This document shows positions 29,185 to 37,697 of a DNA stretch of 64,000 nt, one piece after another. The notes below the pieces were generated by a model. That model was not told the DNA's origin. It worked only from the letters and a program-made list of their open reading frames with translations, and did not search any database. Location of the stretch: the NCBI GenBank assembly GCA_045863335.1, contig BTVY01000021.1:32001-96000 (forward strand), written 5' to 3'. Each line of letters opens with the position of its first letter. Position 1 is the first letter of the stretch. The DNA is from Candidatus Hydrogenedentota bacterium (GTDB lineage: Bacteria; Hydrogenedentota; Hydrogenedentia; Hydrogenedentales; SLHB01). The position numbers and the translations under genes were made by a program.

Positions 29185-29856
29185 ATGGGAATCTTTACGC
29201 GGGCACGAGACATCATCACGGCGAACATCAACGCCATTCTCGATCAGGCCGAGGACCCCGAGAAGCTGGTCACGCTGATGGTCCGCGAAATGGAGGACAC
29301 CCTCATCGAGTTGAAGGCGTCCTGCGCGGGAGCGATGGCAGCCAAACACCGGATCGTCCATGACCAGGAGCAGGCCCGGTTGCGGGCGGGCGAGTGGGAA
29401 AGCCGGGCGCGGCGGGCAGTCGACAAGGGACGCGACGGCTTGGCCCGGGAAGCCCTCCATGAAAAGCGCCGGTATACGGAGCGCGTCGAAGGGCTGGACC
29501 GCGAGCTGGCACAGTGCGAGGCGGTCGTAAGCCACTACCAGGACGACATTAAACAGCTCGAAGAGAAATTGGAGACCGCCCGGGAGCGCAAGCGGGTGCT
29601 GGTGCAGCGGCACGTCCACGCAATTAACAAGCGCCGCGCGCAAATAGATATCCGGCGGATGGACACGTCGGACGTCTTTGCCCGGTTCGACCGGGTGGAG
29701 CATGAGATCGACCGCATGGAAAGCGAGGCGGACCTCGTCAATTTCGGACGCAGCGTATCGCTCCGGGACCAAATTGATGCGCTGGAAGACGATGACGACA
29801 TCGAAGAGGAGTTGCGCCGGCTGAAGTCCGCGTCGACCCCGCCGCCGATTCGGTGA
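29185..29856 (+). CDS. pspA: Phage shock protein A
   Basis: MGIFTRARDIITANINAILDQAEDPEKLV..EMEDTL; coiled coil; DIEEELRRLK; AGGAGG SD. Confidence 0.93.
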   Translation: MGIFTRARDIITANINAILDQAEDPEKLVTLMVREMEDTLIELKASCAGAMAAKHRIVHDQEQARLRAGEWESRARRAVDKGRDGLAREALHEKRRYTERVEGLDRELAQCEAVVSHYQDDIKQLEEKLETARERKRVLVQRHVHAINKRRAQIDIRRMDTSDVFARFDRVEHEIDRMESEADLVNFGRSVSLRDQIDALEDDDDIEEELRRLKSASTPPPIR

Positions 29857-29913
29857 TCGGTTCTATTCTGGCGGCCTACAGAAGTTCGCGATTCAGGAAA
29901 GGACATTTGCGAC

Positions 29914-30144
29914 ATGGCATACGGATATGACTACGGCCGACGGGGTTTGTATCGCTCCCGATCCGGGATCCTCTTCGGCGTCTGCAAAGGGATCGCCGAG
30001 TATTTCGACGTTTCCTTGTTCTGGACCCGGATGATTGTATTTCTCACGTTCGTTTTCACGGGGTTCTGTCCGGTGGGGATCGCCTACATTCTCGCGGCGC
30101 TGCTCATGAAGCCCGAGCCGCGCTGGTACCGTTACCCGGCCTGA
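29914..30144 (+). CDS. pspC: PspC-domain protein
   Basis: LYRSRSGILFGVCKGIAEYF followed by a TM segment. Confidence 0.88.
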   Translation: MAYGYDYGRRGLYRSRSGILFGVCKGIAEYFDVSLFWTRMIVFLTFVFTGFCPVGIAYILAALLMKPEPRWYRYPA

Positions 30145-30193
30145 TCCTCAGGCATCCTCACCCTCGGGAGAAAACCCCTCTCTCCCCTACCCC

Positions 30194-30225
30194 GCCTCGC
30201 GGCGCGCCACCCCCGCGCCGCGAGG
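30194..30225 (+). terminator. Hairpin after pspC
   Basis: cctcgcggcgcg-ccaccc-cgcgccgcgagg. Confidence 0.6.
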
Positions 30226-30329
30226 AACATTTATATTCTGGCGACGGTCCCCGGTCCGGACTTCATTGCAAAGGCGGGTAACCTGTGATAAATTGGTTTC
30301 TGTCATCCGTTTAAGAAGGAGGCGGACCT

Positions 30330-31025
30330 ATGGATTGCCAGGTATGTAATGTCCGGAGTTCTGTCGGGTATTGCGTGGAATGTCAAAAGATTCTGTGCGA
30401 AACCTGCGGGGTGACCTGCGAAAACTGCAACAAACTCTCCTGTCCCGATCACATTCATGAGACCAGCAGCGGCCGCGTGCTGTGCAAGGGTTGCTACGAC
30501 GAGCGCCGCGAAAAACGCAAACAAATGAAAGCCGCCCACGCCAAGAAAGGCGAGGGCGACACCAGTTTAGAGGGCCTGGAAGCGCCCGACGAAGAAGGCG
30601 ATATCGGCGATGAAGCGCTCGTTGCCAGCGCAAGACGCCCTATCCAACCATGGCAGTTCAGCGTGTACATCGCCTCCGCGGGAATCGTGGTCGCACTGCT
30701 GGCACTTTTCATCGATGCGCTGCGGCGAATTCCCATGGGGGGTAATAACTACATCAACTCGGGATGGATCTTCCTGATTATCCCGGTGCTGGCGATTATC
30801 TGGGCGGTGGTGGGGCTCACGAAGGAGGAGTACTACGAGGATCGTCCGAAGTGCTTCTACGGTCTTGCGGCATCGGTCGTGGCCGCCGTGCTCACGCTGG
30901 TTGTTATCGTACGCGATCCGGGCCCGGACCAAACGGAGACCGGGCTTCAGGACGTCCGTCAGAGCATGAGCGAAGAAGAGCTTCAACGGTGGCGCGAAGA
31001 CACGCTGAACCAGTATCAACGCTAA
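30330..31025 (+). CDS. B-box/zinc-finger-like N-terminus with three-TM membrane domain
   Basis: Multiple CxxC/CxxH pairs, then three hydrophobic helices; AAGGAGG SD; upstream TTGCAA-17-TAAATT promoter at 30266-30294. Confidence 0.75.
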   Translation: MDCQVCNVRSSVGYCVECQKILCETCGVTCENCNKLSCPDHIHETSSGRVLCKGCYDERREKRKQMKAAHAKKGEGDTSLEGLEAPDEEGDIGDEALVASARRPIQPWQFSVYIASAGIVVALLALFIDALRRIPMGGNNYINSGWIFLIIPVLAIIWAVVGLTKEEYYEDRPKCFYGLAASVVAAVLTLVVIVRDPGPDQTETGLQDVRQSMSEEELQRWREDTLNQYQR

Positions 31026-31044
31026 GACTCGGGAGACACTCCAC

Positions 31045-31158
31045 GTGATCGAGTTTGCCGACGTTTACATCTGGATTAAAGCGAACCAGTGGTGGTTGTG
31101 GGCCATGGTGCCGCTGGCGATCGTCGTAATCATCATTCGCGCCGGCAGCGTGCGGTAA
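31045..31158 (+). CDS. 37-aa single-TM small protein
   Basis: GGGAG SD, then GTG start: MIEFADVYIWIKANQWWLWAMVPLAIVVIIIRAGSVR*; below the ORF-track cutoff. Confidence 0.55.
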   Translation: MIEFADVYIWIKANQWWLWAMVPLAIVVIIIRAGSVR

Positions 31159-31184
31159 TGCCCCGGGATGCCGAGATTCGGCTT

Positions 31185-32138
31185 CTACGAATGTTGAAGC
31201 GCCGCAATCGCGGCCTTCAAGACGGCTCCCGACGCGGCTAGTAGATTGCGTTCATCGCCCGGGAGCCCACAGTCTACAATTTCATCGACGCCGTTTTCGG
31301 AGACGATGCAGGGTACGCTGAGGCACACGCCGTTGAGGCCGTACTCCCCATCGAGGCGGGTGGAGACGGTCAGCACGCTGCGCTGGTTCCGGACGATCGC
31401 TTCCACGATGCGGACGAGGGCCATCCCCACGCCGAACCAGGTCGCGCCTTTGTAGTCGATGATGTGGTACGCCGAATTGCGGACCCGTTCTTCGATGCTT
31501 TTGCGCTCATCCATCCAGTTCTCGCACTTGTGGCAGGCGGGGCAGTACGCGTCGATGGGGATGCCCGCGAGGTGGGTCATGGACCACGCCGCGAATTCGC
31601 TGTCGCCGTGTTCGCCGAGCATGTAGGCATGCACGTTGTGGATGTCGACCCCGCAGTGTTCGCTAAGCAGATAGCGGAGCCGGGCGCTGTCGAGCACCGT
31701 ACCCGAACCGATGACACGCCCACGCGGCCAGCCCGATTGTTGGAGCGCCACGTAGGTCAGCACATCGACGGGGTTGGAAACGACGATGACGACGGCGCTG
31801 GACCCCTGGCCCACGATATCGCTCATAATCGTGCTCACGATCGCGGCGTTCTTCTTGAGCAGGTCCAACCGGCTTTCGCCCGGTTGCTGCGCCGCGCCTG
31901 CAGTAATGACGATCACCGATGCGTCCGCATAATCGGCGACCGTTCCCACGTGAAGAGAGAGACTGGGGTAGTAAGGCCTGCCGTGGCTCAGGTCGAGGAT
32001 CTGTCCCTGGGCGAGGCGCTCGTTCTTGTCGACAAGCGCGATCTCGCTGACGAGACCGCTCTGCGCGAGGGCGTAGGAGAAGGTGGACCCCACCGATCCC
32101 GCACCTACTACGACGACTTTGCGTTTACTTGATCGCAC
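31185..32138 (-). CDS. ldh: L-lactate dehydrogenase
   Basis: VGAGSVG, AGAAQQPGESRLDL (Gln specificity residue), SNPVD, GSGTVLDSAR, GEHGDS, KGAT. Confidence 0.93.
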   Translation of the reverse strand: MRSSKRKVVVVGAGSVGSTFSYALAQSGLVSEIALVDKNERLAQGQILDLSHGRPYYPSLSLHVGTVADYADASVIVITAGAAQQPGESRLDLLKKNAAIVSTIMSDIVGQGSSAVVIVVSNPVDVLTYVALQQSGWPRGRVIGSGTVLDSARLRYLLSEHCGVDIHNVHAYMLGEHGDSEFAAWSMTHLAGIPIDAYCPACHKCENWMDERKSIEERVRNSAYHIIDYKGATWFGVGMALVRIVEAIVRNQRSVLTVSTRLDGEYGLNGVCLSVPCIVSENGVDEIVDCGLPGDERNLLAASGAVLKAAIAALQHS

Positions 32139-32285
32139 TGCGCTCTCCTTGAAATGAGGCCCCGGACACTACAGGTCAGGGTCCGGCCGCCAGGAAACCT
32201 AAATTCAGAATCGGTTTCGTTCATCCGGCTCAAGTGAACTAGCGGGCAACGCGCGAATCCGCAGCCCGGTCTCAATTCACCGGGC

Positions 32286-33410
32286 TCAAACGGATACTTC
32301 GCGCTCGATGCCGAGGAACACGGTCACTTCGCCGGCATCGGCTTCAAAGGTGGCTTTCGCGTCGGAGAATCCGACCGCCAGGCTGAGTAGATACGCCACG
32401 GCGTTCGTCTCGGGCACGGCGACCATGCCTTCGCGGAGAAACCCGACGTCATGGGCGTCGCCGAAGGCTTTCGCTTTCGTTGCGAAGGCGGACAGGTGCG
32501 CGTCGCAATGGGGGTTGTTCCACGACCATTCCCACTCCATGCGCTCGGGATGAAAAGACCCGAGAATCTGCGCGCGGAAAGCGCGGCGGGAGCCGTCGTC
32601 ATACATCAGGTGCAGCAGGGCGTCGTCCTGGTGGTACTCCCATTCAACGATTCGATCCGCTGCGGCCTCTTCGATCCAATGCTCCTGCCGAACTGCGAAC
32701 ATGGCGGAGGCTTTCACCATACGCTCCATAACCTCATCCGCGATGTCCTGATCGAACAGACTGGGCTGGCCAGCCGCACCGTTCCCGGATGCGGCGTCCG
32801 CGGCAAGAGGTTTGCCTTCTTCAAAGACCACCCAACCTCCGTTGCGGCGTACCAGCAGGGACTGGGTGAGCGCGTGATTGTCTGCCGCGGCAAATTCCTC
32901 CGCCGTATGATGGCGCATGAGCTGAAGTCCCTCGTCCGACTCGCTGCCGGTGATGAGGAGCACATGGCGGGCGGGCACAGCGACGACAATTTCTCCTGGA
33001 ACCTTGCCCTCGAGCTTCTGCCAGAATTCGTCCAGCAAGAGAACGCATGCCTCCAGATCTTCGCCAACAACGACCTGTAGCAATGGCGGTTCTCCAGCCC
33101 TCCGAATCTCTTGGATTTGATGTCTCAGATTGTTGATTGCGAGGTCGCGCAAGTCCATCACGTTCAACTCTAGGCGCTGCATGTCGTGCGCCATGACCGA
33201 CTGGAAGGCCTCCGGGAGATCAAAGGCATAGGTAATCAGCAGGTCTGCGATGAAAGGTTCGGTGTGCGGCCACTGCTCCCGTGGGACGTGTGCGGCCAAG
33301 GCCTCAAGGAAGGCCACGTTCTTGATGCGCGGCACGATGGTTGACGCGTCCGGTTTATCCGGCACACCCTCGGTTTGCGGTTGCTTCTTGAAACGGTCGA
33401 ACAGTCCCAT
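32286..33410 (-). CDS. DUF1444-like plus DUF6882-like two-domain protein
   Basis: MGLFDRFKK start; YAFDLP..AINNL..VVAVPARHVLL; C-terminal W.YHQD..AQILGSF..WEWSWNN. Confidence 0.6.
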   Translation of the reverse strand: MGLFDRFKKQPQTEGVPDKPDASTIVPRIKNVAFLEALAAHVPREQWPHTEPFIADLLITYAFDLPEAFQSVMAHDMQRLELNVMDLRDLAINNLRHQIQEIRRAGEPPLLQVVVGEDLEACVLLLDEFWQKLEGKVPGEIVVAVPARHVLLITGSESDEGLQLMRHHTAEEFAAADNHALTQSLLVRRNGGWVVFEEGKPLAADAASGNGAAGQPSLFDQDIADEVMERMVKASAMFAVRQEHWIEEAAADRIVEWEYHQDDALLHLMYDDGSRRAFRAQILGSFHPERMEWEWSWNNPHCDAHLSAFATKAKAFGDAHDVGFLREGMVAVPETNAVAYLLSLAVGFSDAKATFEADAGEVTVFLGIEREVSV

Positions 33411-33530
33411 GGCACATCCCTTCCCGTTCTGGTTGCGTTCCGTGTCGCCTTGCAGAGCACACTACGTGAACGCGATGCGCGCCCACGGCTGAAACACTTC
33501 GACGGGGACTACGCTGTTCGCCGATCTCGT

Positions 33531-34964
33531 CTAAGGAAACCCTACCGGCCGGACGTTCTTTCCTTCGACGCCCGTACGCGCGTCGCCGAGATCCGCGCGC
33601 ATGCGGTCGAGCAACCCGTGGAGCCGCTCCGCGATTTCGGGATGGTCGCGCAAGACCGACTTCTGTTCGCCCGGATCCGTGGGAAGATGGTACAAGCCTT
33701 CCGGCAGATACGCCTCGGGGCCTTTGTACCCCCGATACACCAACTCTTCGCTCAGCGGCGTCTCTAGTTTCAGTTTCCACTCCCCGCTGCGCACCGCCAT
33801 GAGATCGTTTCGCGAGTAGAAGTAGAACGCGTCATGGGGACTCGTCGCGCCGGGTTCGCCAGCCATGAGGGGATAGATGTCCTTGCCGTCGATGATTCGG
33901 TCGTCGGGCGCGGACGTCCCCGCGAGCTTGGCGAAAGTCGGCAGCAGATCGATCGTGCTGGCCACCTCAGAACAGGTCGTACCCGCAGGGATATGCCCCG
34001 GCCACCGCATGATGCAGGGCACGCGCATGCCCCCATCCCAAGTCGTGCCTTTTCCGTTGCGCAATGGCGTCGCGGAGCCGCCATTTTCCGCATGACTAAG
34101 CCAGGGTCCATTGTCGGAAGTGAACACAACGATGGTGTTGTCGTCGATCTCGAGTTCCTTCAGCGTGTCGAGGATTTGACCGACCCCCCAGTCGATGGTT
34201 TCGATGACGTCGCCGTAGAGACCACGCTCCGACTGGCCTTCAAACTTCTCCGACACGTACAGCGGGATGTGCGGCATGTTGTGGGCGAGATAGACGAAGA
34301 ACGGCTCGTCCTTGTGCTCGCGAATGAACTTCACCGTTTCTTCCGTATACCGCTCCGTGAGGGTTTCCTGAACTGCGGGTTCTTCGATCGTCTCTTCCAT
34401 CCGCATCAAGGGACAGGGCACCATGTCGTTGCTGTAGGGAATGCCGTAGTAGTAGTCGAACCCGTGCCGGGTCGGCAGGAAGGGCGGCAGATGGCCGAGG
34501 TGCCACTTGCCGACGCAGGCCGTCGCGTAGCCCTGCGTCTTCAACAGTTCGGGCAACAGGATCTCGTCGCGGTTGATACCGCATTCGGAATCGGGAAACA
34601 ACACCCAACCCATGCGGCCTTCCGAACGCGGTGTTTGGCCCATGCTCACCCGCTGCGGGTAGCAACCGGTCATCAATGCCGCGCGCGACGGCGTACACAC
34701 CGGCGCGGCCACGTAGAAGTCGGTGAATTTCATTCCTTCGGCGGCCATGCGATCGAGGTTCGGCGTTTTGATATTCGGCGATCCGAAGCAACCGACATCG
34801 TTATAGCCCTGGTCGTCTGTGAAGACGATGATGATGTTTGGCGGGCGTTCGCCTGCCTGCGCCGAAGCGCCTAGGGTTCGGCACGCGCTTAGCACGGACG
34901 TGCCCGCGATAGTCGCGGCGGTGTGCGTCAGGAACTGCCGGCGCGTGGATTGTGCATCGTGCAT
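33531..34964 (-). CDS. Tat-exported arylsulfatase (formylglycine-dependent)
   Basis: TRRQFL; DDQGY, CTPSRAALMTG, GKWHLG, SDNG. Confidence 0.93.
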   Translation of the reverse strand: MHDAQSTRRQFLTHTAATIAGTSVLSACRTLGASAQAGERPPNIIIVFTDDQGYNDVGCFGSPNIKTPNLDRMAAEGMKFTDFYVAAPVCTPSRAALMTGCYPQRVSMGQTPRSEGRMGWVLFPDSECGINRDEILLPELLKTQGYATACVGKWHLGHLPPFLPTRHGFDYYYGIPYSNDMVPCPLMRMEETIEEPAVQETLTERYTEETVKFIREHKDEPFFVYLAHNMPHIPLYVSEKFEGQSERGLYGDVIETIDWGVGQILDTLKELEIDDNTIVVFTSDNGPWLSHAENGGSATPLRNGKGTTWDGGMRVPCIMRWPGHIPAGTTCSEVASTIDLLPTFAKLAGTSAPDDRIIDGKDIYPLMAGEPGATSPHDAFYFYSRNDLMAVRSGEWKLKLETPLSEELVYRGYKGPEAYLPEGLYHLPTDPGEQKSVLRDHPEIAERLHGLLDRMRADLGDARTGVEGKNVRPVGFP

Positions 34965-34980
34965 CGAGTGTCCTCCGTCC

Positions 34981-35089
34981 GAGGTGCCATGGGCATCCTG
35001 CCCATGTCTTCGAGGTGTCATGGCCTTCCAGGCCATGGTGGGCATCCTGCCCACGGTACACGGGCGGGACGCCCGTGCTCCTTGAGGGG
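34981..35089. repeat. REP-like palindrome cluster (same family as 8284-8370 and 8671-8700)
   Basis: gaggtgccatgggcatcctgcccatgtcttcgaggtgtcatggccttccaggccatgg..cacgggcgggacgcccgtgctccttgagggg. Confidence 0.85.
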
Positions 35090-35221
35090 ATAGTACCAAG
35101 TGGCTGAATGCGATGCCACGCGGGGGCTTTGCCATTCTGTGTCCTGAACCGCCATAATGCGGGTTCGGAGTGGCTTGCCGCTCCACTCAAACTGCATTCA
35201 ATGAACCAGGGGAAGATCAGC

Positions 35222-36493
35222 ATGAAACCCAAGTCCGACGTATCACGACGTAACTTCATCCAGACCGCCGGAGTGGCGGCAGGCGCGGCCGCGCTGAGCG
35301 CGAAGAGCTATGCCCAAGCCGCTGGAGCCAATGACCGCCTGAACGTGGCGTTCATCGGCTGCGGTGGCATGGCGGGCGCGCACCTGGGCGCGTTGCTGGC
35401 CATGCGGGAAGAGGAGAATCTCGGATTCCTCGGTGTGTGCGACGTGTATCGTGACCGGGCGCAAGGGTTCCACGACAAGATCAAGGAAGCGGGCGGCGGC
35501 GATCCCATCGTCACGCAGGACTATCGCGAGATCCTCGGTATGGCCGACGTGGACTACGTCGTCATCGCGACGCCGGAGCATTCGCACGCGTACCTGTCGC
35601 TGGCGGCGATGAATGCGGGCAAGCATGTCTATTGCGAAAAGCCCATGACCCACAACGTGGATGATGCGTTCGACGTCGTGGAAAAAGCGAAGGAGACGGG
35701 CCTCAAGTTTCAGGTCGGCGTGCAGGCCTTGGCCGACGACAGTTATTCGAGCGCGTACGAAGCCATCAAGGCGGGTAAGATCGGTCAGGTCGTCGAAGCG
35801 CAGATCGATTATGTGCGCCGGTATGCGAAGGACGAGGGTCCGTGGCGTCGCGGTATCGCGGACGACATGCCGAAACCGGAGGACCTCGATTGGGAAGCCT
35901 GGGTCGATCCCTACCGGCGCCGCCCGTGGAACCCGCACCACTACTTCGAATGGCGCAACTATCGCGACTACTCCGGCGGCGTGGCGACGGACCTGTTCAT
36001 CCACCGGATCACGCGCCTCATCAAAGCGACCGGTGTCACGTTCCCGGCGCGCGGGGTCGGCATGGGCGGAATTTACATGTGGCCCGACGGGCGCGATCTT
36101 CCCGACAACTTCGAAATGTTGTTGGAGTATCCCGCGGTGCCGGGCATCAGCACCGGAATGACGATGCGCCTGCTGGGTACCATGTCCAATCAACATGGCG
36201 CGGAACATTGCATACGCGGGTACGATGGCACGCTCATCTTCAATTCCAAGGGATGGGAGATTGTCAGCCAGAAAGACGGCAAGGTCGTCGAGACCCATGA
36301 GAAGACCGGCGGCGAAGACGTGGTGCCCCATCATAAGAATCATCACGCGGCGATCCGCCACGGCGCGGAGCTAAACTGCCCGCCGGAGTTGGGACTCTAC
36401 GGCGTCGTGGCCGTGCGCATGGGGAACCTGTCCTGGTTCAAACGCCGCATGATGGAATGGAACGACCGTAAGCGGAAGATCGTACCTGCGTAG
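35222..36493 (+). CDS. Tat-exported Gfo/Idh/MocA oxidoreductase
   Basis: SRRNFI; IGCGGM, IATPEHSH, AGKHVYCEKPM, WRNYRDYSGG. Confidence 0.92.
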   Translation: MKPKSDVSRRNFIQTAGVAAGAAALSAKSYAQAAGANDRLNVAFIGCGGMAGAHLGALLAMREEENLGFLGVCDVYRDRAQGFHDKIKEAGGGDPIVTQDYREILGMADVDYVVIATPEHSHAYLSLAAMNAGKHVYCEKPMTHNVDDAFDVVEKAKETGLKFQVGVQALADDSYSSAYEAIKAGKIGQVVEAQIDYVRRYAKDEGPWRRGIADDMPKPEDLDWEAWVDPYRRRPWNPHHYFEWRNYRDYSGGVATDLFIHRITRLIKATGVTFPARGVGMGGIYMWPDGRDLPDNFEMLLEYPAVPGISTGMTMRLLGTMSNQHGAEHCIRGYDGTLIFNSKGWEIVSQKDGKVVETHEKTGGEDVVPHHKNHHAAIRHGAELNCPPELGLYGVVAVRMGNLSWFKRRMMEWNDRKRKIVPA

Positions 36494-36499
36494 AACCGA

Positions 36500-37690
36500 T
36501 CAGCCGCCGTCGCAAAGACGGGGCAAGGCTTCGACATGCTTGCGTACGTCGATCATGAAATTGGCGGCGGCCACCCCGTTGATCACGCGGTGATCGAAGG
36601 TCATGGTCATATGCGTGGCCCGGCGGGTTTGTAGTTCGCCGTCGGGACCCGCCTCGACGACGGTATGCGGCGCACCGAGAAAGATGGTCGCTACGGAAGG
36701 CGGCACGACGACGGGCACGGCAGTGTACACGCCGAACGCCTCCATGCTCGAAAAGGCCACGTGCACCACCGATTCGTTCGCCTGATCGCGCCCAACTCGT
36801 GCTTCCGCGATCCGGGTGCGGGCGGTTTTCACGAATTCCGGGAACGTCAAGGTATCCGCCTCCGCGACGACCGCGGTTGTCAGTTCATCCTCCGGCAGCG
36901 CCACCGCGATACCGATGTTGGTATGGCGATAGAGCCGCACGGAATTTACATCGAGCACGACAGACCGGAACTTGGAGTGGTGGGCAATGGCCTGTACGAT
37001 GCACCATGCGACCAACAGAGAGCGTGAAGGGACACCGTCGAACGAATCGGCATGCGATTTGAACCACTCGTGCGCGGTCTCGATGGGCGTCCACGGCACC
37101 TCCACTTCGATCGTCCCCGGCACGACTTGTTGTTGCGCGCGGGTCAGGCGATAGAAGAGCGTGCGCTGCCGCGACGACATGGCCACGTCTTCAAACTCCG
37201 CCGCATGGTGTTCCGCATCGTCTTCGTTTCGCTCCGCGAGGTACGCGTCGATATCGTCGGGGAGCAGCCGTTTCCCGGCGGCGGGTACGGTTTGGAGTTC
37301 CTCATCGGAAAGCCCGAGCTTTCGCGCGTAGACCCGCGTGCGCGGGGGGATGACGTTACGCACGCGCGATCCCGCTGCGTTTACGGTTCGTTTGGGCGAA
37401 TCTACGTTGGCCTGTTCAGACGCAATGGCATTCGCCAGGTCGACGGGATCGTTCGTTTCAATGGTGGCCACCACGTCGCCGATCCCCACGATTGCGTCAA
37501 TCTCGACCGACCACGCGTCGAGCGTGCCGGCGCAGGGCGACTCCACCTCGGTGACCGCCTTGTCGGTTTCCATTTCATAGACGGGCTCGTCGCGAGCGAT
37601 CGTGTCACCCGGCTTCTTCAACAGGCGCACGATACGCGCTTCCTGCAAGCCCTCGCCCAGTTGGGGCACCCGCATCTGGTACTTCGCCAT
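36500..37690 (-). CDS. 2-oxoacid dehydrogenase E2 (dihydrolipoamide acyltransferase)
   Basis: Lipoyl domain ETDKA; C-terminal TFDHRVING. Confidence 0.88.
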   Translation of the reverse strand: MAKYQMRVPQLGEGLQEARIVRLLKKPGDTIARDEPVYEMETDKAVTEVESPCAGTLDAWSVEIDAIVGIGDVVATIETNDPVDLANAIASEQANVDSPKRTVNAAGSRVRNVIPPRTRVYARKLGLSDEELQTVPAAGKRLLPDDIDAYLAERNEDDAEHHAAEFEDVAMSSRQRTLFYRLTRAQQQVVPGTIEVEVPWTPIETAHEWFKSHADSFDGVPSRSLLVAWCIVQAIAHHSKFRSVVLDVNSVRLYRHTNIGIAVALPEDELTTAVVAEADTLTFPEFVKTARTRIAEARVGRDQANESVVHVAFSSMEAFGVYTAVPVVVPPSVATIFLGAPHTVVEAGPDGELQTRRATHMTMTFDHRVINGVAAANFMIDVRKHVEALPRLCDGG

Positions 37691-37697
37691 CCCGCCG

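Noticed and set aside
36500-36620. E2 catalytic motif DHRVING instead of DHRxxDG, suggesting inactivity
   Set aside because: Asn at this position occurs in active E2 enzymes such as Azotobacter vinelandii E2p.
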